Below, in pieces: positions 24,403-28,882 of a stretch of 28,882 bases of DNA (positions are counted from its first letter, which is position 1; each line of letters starts with the position of its first letter). Origin of the DNA: Candidatus Bipolaricaulia bacterium (lineage in GTDB: Bacteria > Bipolaricaulota > Bipolaricaulia > RBG-16-55-9); assembly GCA_042219045.1 (NCBI GenBank), contig JBDGQO010000036.1:8118-36999 (forward strand), given 5' to 3'. Made by a program: the position numbers and the translations under genes. The notes under the pieces were generated by a model, which worked only from the letters and a program-made list of their open reading frames with translations, ran no database searches and was not told where the DNA came from.

Positions 24403-24990
24403 ATGAACCGGAACCCGAACGACGACGAGGTCGAAGAGGCCGAGGAGCGCGCCGCAAAACCCGAGAGCGAACCCGCCGACGACGACCCCGTCGGATCCGT
24501 CGAATCCGTCGAATCCGTCGAATCCGCCAAATCCGCCGAGTCCGGCGAATCCGAAGCCACGACATCCCCCGTGTCGGTCAATGAGCTGACGGACGAGCTC
24601 GGCCGCATCAGCTTCACCCAGGACGTGCTGCACGAGATCGTCCATCATGCCATCCAGGGCATCGAGGGCCTGGGCGAGGTCCGGGAACGCGGCAGCGGCT
24701 TCGTCGGCATCTTCGGGGGGCGGAGCAAGGGCATCGACGTCGACATGAACGACGACGGCCTGCGCGTGCGCATGAACGTCACCGTCAGCTATGGCAAGCC
24801 CATCCACGAAGTCGCCCGCGAGATCCAGCGCGAGATCAAGCAGGAGCTGGAGCGCATGACCGGATTGGACGTGCAAAGCGTCGACATTTACGTGCAGAAC
24901 GTCAAGGCCCACCAAGAAGCCGAACAGGCGCACTCAGAGGCGTCCGACCGCCTCGACGAGGCCGAATCTCCCGACGACGAGCCCGCCTGA
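24403..24990 (+). CDS. Asp23/Gls24 family envelope stress response protein with acidic low-complexity termini
   Basis: Core LGRISFTQDVL..IV..AI..IEG...KGIDV...V.YGKPIHEVAREIQREIK..LERMTGLDV.SVDIYVQNV; SD AGGAGG. Confidence 0.9.
   Translation: MNRNPNDDEVEEAEERAAKPESEPADDDPVGSVESVESVESAKSAESGESEATTSPVSVNELTDELGRISFTQDVLHEIVHHAIQGIEGLGEVRERGSGFVGIFGGRSKGIDVDMNDDGLRVRMNVTVSYGKPIHEVAREIQREIKQELERMTGLDVQSVDIYVQNVKAHQEAEQAHSEASDRLDEAESPDDEPA
24488..24550 (+). repeat. In-frame 9-bp tandem repeat (consensus CCGTCGAAT), 7 units
   Basis: Units are ccgtcggat, ccgtcgaat x3, ccgccaaat, ccgccgagt and ccggcgaat, encoding VGS-VES-VES-VES-AKS-AES-GES. Confidence 0.9.
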
Positions 24991-24996
24991 CGTGCG

Positions 24997-25045
24997 GAGG
25001 GCGCAGACGCGAGGCCCCGCGCCCTCGGGCCCTTGGGACGGGCCC
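24997..25045. terminator. GC-rich hairpins between convergent genes; possible terminator
   Basis: An 8-bp stem GAGGGCGC (24997-25004) / GCGCCCTC (25019-25026), then GGGCCC-N7-GGGCCC. There is no U-tract on either strand. Confidence 0.3.
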
Positions 25046-25051
25046 CATCCC

Positions 25052-26914
25052 TCACTTGAAGCTCAGGTCGTCCTCGACCTCTTGGATCGCCGCGGGCGGG
25101 CCGAGCAGCGTCAGGCGGTCGCCGGCGCGCAGCTCGGTCGAGCCGCTGGGGATGAGGTGCTCGCGGTCCCGGTGCACGTAGAGGATCAGCACCCCCTGGG
25201 GCAGCGTCAGGTCCTGAACTTCCCGACGATCGAGCTCCTCCGCGCGCAGCTCGACCTCGTGCATGCGGATGGCGTCGCTCTCCATCATGGCGAAGAAGTC
25301 CGGGTCGTGGACGAGGCTGCGCAGGACGAAGTGCTTGGACAGCGCCGGCGTCACGGCCTGCACGCCGATGCGCTTCAGCTCCCGCGTGGCGTCCGTGCCC
25401 TCGACGAGCGCGACGACGTGGTCGCACTCGAAGCGCTGCCGCGCGAGCTCGGCGACGCGACAGTTCGTCTCGTCGTCGCCCGTGGCAGCCACGACGATGG
25501 CGTCGGCGTCGATGCCGGCCTGGATCAGCTCCTCCTCCGTGATGCCGCGAGCCCGGATCACCGTAAAGCCTGACGACTCGGCGTGATCGGCGGAGCGCGG
25601 ATCGAGCTCCACGAAGCGGACGTCGTCGAACGTATCCGTGGGCAGATGGCGCGCCAGCATGAGCGTGTGCTCGTTGACCCCCACCAGCAACAGCCGGCGC
25701 TTCGGTTCGCTGGTCATGGTCGGCATGAGCCGATCGAAGACGAGCGGCGAGGCCGTGGAGGTCACGATAGCAAGCAGGATGATGGCGTTGTTCATCGTGT
25801 CCTCGATGAGCCCCGCCCGCATGCCGACGTCCGCGGCCGCGATCATGAGCGTCAGGCCGGGGGAGAGGATCCACCCCGTCGCCCAGGTGCGGCGCCAGTC
25901 GTACTGGAAGCGGTAGACGAGCGCGGGCACGATCTTGGCCACGTAGCGCAAAACCAGCAGCGCGGGAATGAGCAAGAGCGTCGTCACCGATCCCGTCAGC
26001 GTGCCGATGTCGAACCGGGCCCCAACCATGATGAAAAAGATGGGGATGAAGAAGCCGAAGCCGATGGCGTCCAGCTTGCGCCGCAGCTCGGCCCCGCGGA
26101 TGCGCCCGACGGCCAAGGAGACGAGGACGCCGGCGAGGAACGCCCCGAGGATGAATTCCACCCCGAGCAGATCGCTCAACGCCACGAAAACGAACATCAG
26201 CAGGAACGACCCGCGCACCCCGACCTCGGCTGTCGCCTCGAAGAGGCTGTTGAAGATCGTGGAGTTCTGGAACCGATGGAGCACGCGATCGACGACGAGC
26301 ACCGCCACGATCAACACGAACACGAGCAGCACTTGGTCGGCCGCCGAGCCCTGCTCGATGGCCACGGCGGCGGTCAACAGCAGCATGGTGCCGAAGTCGG
26401 CCAGGATGGTGGCAAGCAGGATGCTCTGGCCGATGGGATAGCCGGAGAGGCCGCGCTCCCGCAGCACGGGCATGACGATGCCGAGCGAGGTCGTCCCCAA
26501 GACGAGCGCCATGAGGAACGGGTTCTGCACGAGTCCCCATGTCTGCAGCAGCAGCGCGGCGCCGAAGCTCGCAGCCAGCATCAGAACGAAGTACGCCACG
26601 GGCACGCCGAAGGTCCGGGCCGTCTTGCGCCAATGGCCGCGGGCGGAGGAGCCGAGCACGTCGAAGTCGATCTCCAGGCCCGCCAAGAAGAGCAGATACG
26701 TGAACCCGAGCGTGGAGAGCACGTTCAGCCACTCGTTCTGGTCGGGCTCGATGATGCCGAGCCCGCTCTGCCCGACGGCGATGCCGGCGAGGATTTCCCC
26801 CACGACGACGGGGATGCGCAACGTCTTCAGGCGGGATAGAGTTAGGGGAACGAGGAACGCGAGGCTGGCGACGATGAGTAGGCTAATCCAGGCGCCCGAA
26901 TGTGCTTCTTGCAT
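25052..26914 (-). CDS. CPA2-family monovalent cation/H+ antiporter with RCK_N and RCK_C domains (YjbQ/CpaA-like)
   Basis: Motifs IPVVVGEILAGI, LLFLAGLEID, TTSLGIV.PVL, ILGAFLAG and GFFIPIFF; C-terminal VAATGDDETN and LIPSGSTELRAGDRL. Confidence 0.92.
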   Translation of the reverse strand: MQEAHSGAWISLLIVASLAFLVPLTLSRLKTLRIPVVVGEILAGIAVGQSGLGIIEPDQNEWLNVLSTLGFTYLLFLAGLEIDFDVLGSSARGHWRKTARTFGVPVAYFVLMLAASFGAALLLQTWGLVQNPFLMALVLGTTSLGIVMPVLRERGLSGYPIGQSILLATILADFGTMLLLTAAVAIEQGSAADQVLLVFVLIVAVLVVDRVLHRFQNSTIFNSLFEATAEVGVRGSFLLMFVFVALSDLLGVEFILGAFLAGVLVSLAVGRIRGAELRRKLDAIGFGFFIPIFFIMVGARFDIGTLTGSVTTLLLIPALLVLRYVAKIVPALVYRFQYDWRRTWATGWILSPGLTLMIAAADVGMRAGLIEDTMNNAIILLAIVTSTASPLVFDRLMPTMTSEPKRRLLLVGVNEHTLMLARHLPTDTFDDVRFVELDPRSADHAESSGFTVIRARGITEEELIQAGIDADAIVVAATGDDETNCRVAELARQRFECDHVVALVEGTDATRELKRIGVQAVTPALSKHFVLRSLVHDPDFFAMMESDAIRMHEVELRAEELDRREVQDLTLPQGVLILYVHRDREHLIPSGSTELRAGDRLTLLGPPAAIQEVEDDLSFK

Positions 26915-27049
26915 GGTGAAATCCTGACGAGGGTTGCTGGTAGCCGCATGCTACTGTGCGCGCTCAGATTCCACAATGCGACCGCGGTCCTGACGGATCC
27001 CTGCGCAACGGGCGACCGGGGCAGCCGGGACGAATAGCGTGGAGCGAAC

Positions 27050-28882
27050 ATGGAACATCATTTGATCGGCATCGCGACCGTCATCGCGCTCGGCATCGGC
27101 GCCCAGTGGCTCGCCTGGCGGGTCCACCTCCCGTCGATCCTGGTGCTGCTCGTCGTGGGCTTCCTTGCCGGGCCGATCACGGGGTTGCTCCACCCCAATG
27201 AGCTCTTCGGCGAGCTGCTCTTGCCCGTGGTCTCCATCGCCGTGGCGATCATCCTCTTCGAGGGCGGCCTCAGCCTGTCGCTCCCTGAGCTGCGCGAGGT
27301 CGGCTCGGTCTTCACCAAGCTCGTCACGCTCGGGGCGCTCGTCACGGGCGCCGCGTCGGCGGCGTTGGCGTGGGCGATCTTCGGCATTGGGCCGTCGCTG
27401 GCGGCGCTGCTCGGCGCGATCCTGATCGTGACGGGGCCGACGGTCATCATGCCGCTGTTGCGCGACCTGCGCCCGCGGCGGCGCCTGGGCAACACGCTCA
27501 AGTGGGAGGGGATCGTCATCGATCCCGTCGGGGCCATCCTGGCCGTGCTCGTCTTCGAGGTGATCCTGGCCATGGAGAGCCCCGACCCGGCGACGAGCGT
27601 GGCGATCGTGGGCATTCTGAAGGCCATCGGGGGCGGCACGGGGATCGGCCTGATCGGCGCGGGCGCGCTGGTGGTGGCGCTGCGGCGCTACTGGATTCCC
27701 GACTTTCTGCAGAACCCGGTCACGCTCATGGCCGCCGTGCTCGCCTACACCGCGTCCAACCAGATCCAGCCCGAGTCGGGGCTGCTGGCCGTCACCCTCA
27801 TGGGCGCGGCGCTGGCCAACCAGCGCGCCGTCACCGTCAAGCACATCGTCGAATTCAAGGAGAACCTCCGGGTGCTCTTGATCGCGGTGCTGTTTATCCT
27901 GTTGGCCGCCCGGCTCCCCTTGGCGAGCGTCACGGCGCTCGGCCCGGAGGTGCTCGGCTTTATCGCGTTGTTGATCCTCGTCGTTCGCCCGCTGGCGGTG
28001 GCGCTGTGCACGATCGGATCGAGGTTGAGCTGGCGCGAGCGGGCGTTCGTGGCCTGGATGGCCCCGCGCGGCATCGTGGCGGCCGCGGTGTCGTCGCTGT
28101 TTGCGTTGCGCCTGAGCGAGGCCGGCTACAGCGGAACGGAGGCGCTCGTGGCGATCACGTTCGCCGTCATCACCGGCACGGTGGCCGTCTACGGCCTGAC
28201 GGCCGGGCTGCTGGCGCGTTGGCTGGGCGTGGCCGACCCCAACCCCCAAGGAGCGCTCATCATCGGGGCCCAGCCCTGGGCCCGGGAGATCGCCCAGGCC
28301 ATCCGCGACGAGGGGTTCCCCGTCCGCCTCGTGGACGACAACTGGGCCCACATCACCGCAGCCCGCCAGGCCGGGTTCGAGACGTTCTACGCGGGCGTCC
28401 TCCAGGAGTACGTCCTGGACGAGATCGACCTCGACGGCATCGGGCGGCTCTTGGCGTTGACGCCGAACGACGAGGTCAACGCGCTGGCGGCGCTGCACTT
28501 CATGGAGATCTTCGGGCGCGCGGAGGTCTATCAGCTGCCGCCGCCCCGCGTCGCCGAAGGAGAGCCCGCCCAGCAGCTGTTGCCTCGGCACCTGCGCGGG
28601 CGGCTGCTGTTCGAGGCGGGCGCGACCCACAGCGAACTGGAGCGGCGCTTCGCCGAGGGCGCCATGCTCAAGCGGACCTCGCTGACCAAGGAGTTCGGCT
28701 ACCGGGCGTTCCGCGAGCACTACGGCGACAGCGCCGTGCCGCTGTTCGCCGTCAAGCGCGGCGGCCGCCTCGTCGTGATCACCACCGACATCGAGACCGC
28801 CCCGGAGGCCGGCGACACGCTGATCGCGCTGGTTGAGCCCGTTTCCGAGGCCGACGAGATGGCTGTGGAGGCGGCCGCCTCG
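27050..28882 (+). CDS. CPA1/NhaP-type sodium (cation)/H+ antiporter with C-terminal RCK_N-like domain; 3' end lies outside the window
   Basis: Translated by hand from ATG 27050 (SD GGAG): MEHHLIGIATVIALGIGAQWLAWRVHLPSIL...AIILFEGGL...VTGPTVI.PLLR...KWEGIVIDPVGA...ESGLLAVT...WMAPRGIVAAAVSSLF...LLALTPNDEVN. The frame is open to the window end (611 codons). Confidence 0.92.
   Translation, partial: MEHHLIGIATVIALGIGAQWLAWRVHLPSILVLLVVGFLAGPITGLLHPNELFGELLLPVVSIAVAIILFEGGLSLSLPELREVGSVFTKLVTLGALVTGAASAALAWAIFGIGPSLAALLGAILIVTGPTVIMPLLRDLRPRRRLGNTLKWEGIVIDPVGAILAVLVFEVILAMESPDPATSVAIVGILKAIGGGTGIGLIGAGALVVALRRYWIPDFLQNPVTLMAAVLAYTASNQIQPESGLLAVTLMGAALANQRAVTVKHIVEFKENLRVLLIAVLFILLAARLPLASVTALGPEVLGFIALLILVVRPLAVALCTIGSRLSWRERAFVAWMAPRGIVAAAVSSLFALRLSEAGYSGTEALVAITFAVITGTVAVYGLTAGLLARWLGVADPNPQGALIIGAQPWAREIAQAIRDEGFPVRLVDDNWAHITAARQAGFETFYAGVLQEYVLDEIDLDGIGRLLALTPNDEVNALAALHFMEIFGRAEVYQLPPPRVAEGEPAQQLLPRHLRGRLLFEAGATHSELERRFAEGAMLKRTSLTKEFGYRAFREHYGDSAVPLFAVKRGGRLVVITTDIETAPEAGDTLIALVEPVSEADEMAVEAAAS

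Noticed and set aside
24488..24550. Tandem repeat considered as a CRISPR array or iteron
   Set aside because: The units are 9 bp with no spacers, lie in frame within a CDS, and no cas or rep genes are nearby.
24888..28836. Long ORFs 24888-26732 (-), 26951-28720 (-) and 27370-28836 (+)
   Set aside because: They are Arg/Gly/Ala-rich off-frame or antisense shadows of the two antiporter genes. The real plus-strand gene starts at 27050.

Overview
High-GC bacterial chromosomal window with no rRNA, tRNA, CRISPR array or mobile element that I can support. The gene content (DUF4384/PKD surface proteins, Lnt, many acidic proteins, two cation/H+ antiporters) suggests a halotolerant lineage, possibly Ca. 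Bipolaricaulota; this is inference only. Left part (7364 to <1, minus strand): an apparent six-gene ECF-sigma operon. It has a SigW-like promoter, then an ECF sigma, a membrane anti-sigma-like protein with an external CBM48/AMPK-type glycogen-binding fold, a secreted helical protein, a DUF4384-PKD-PKD protein, a secreted protein ending in a stand-alone subtilase-propeptide-like domain, and a large S8 subtilase-CARDB-DUF4384-PKD protease. The protease is missing from the ORF track because it runs off the window. Middle part: a PKD/TolB-like lipoprotein, lnt, an SDR, an M20 peptidase, a SAM methyltransferase, a membrane protein, a VOC protein, a stand-alone Smr, an epimerase, and a DASS/SLC13 permease with a CxxCH loop insertion. 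Right part: a sigma70 promoter and an unannotated 26-aa His-rich leader peptide lacking an intrinsic terminator, followed by hisG-D-C-H-A-B-F-IE. After these come an Asp23-family gene with a 9-bp repeat and divergent CPA2 and CPA1 antiporters; the CPA1 gene also runs off the window and is absent from the ORF track.
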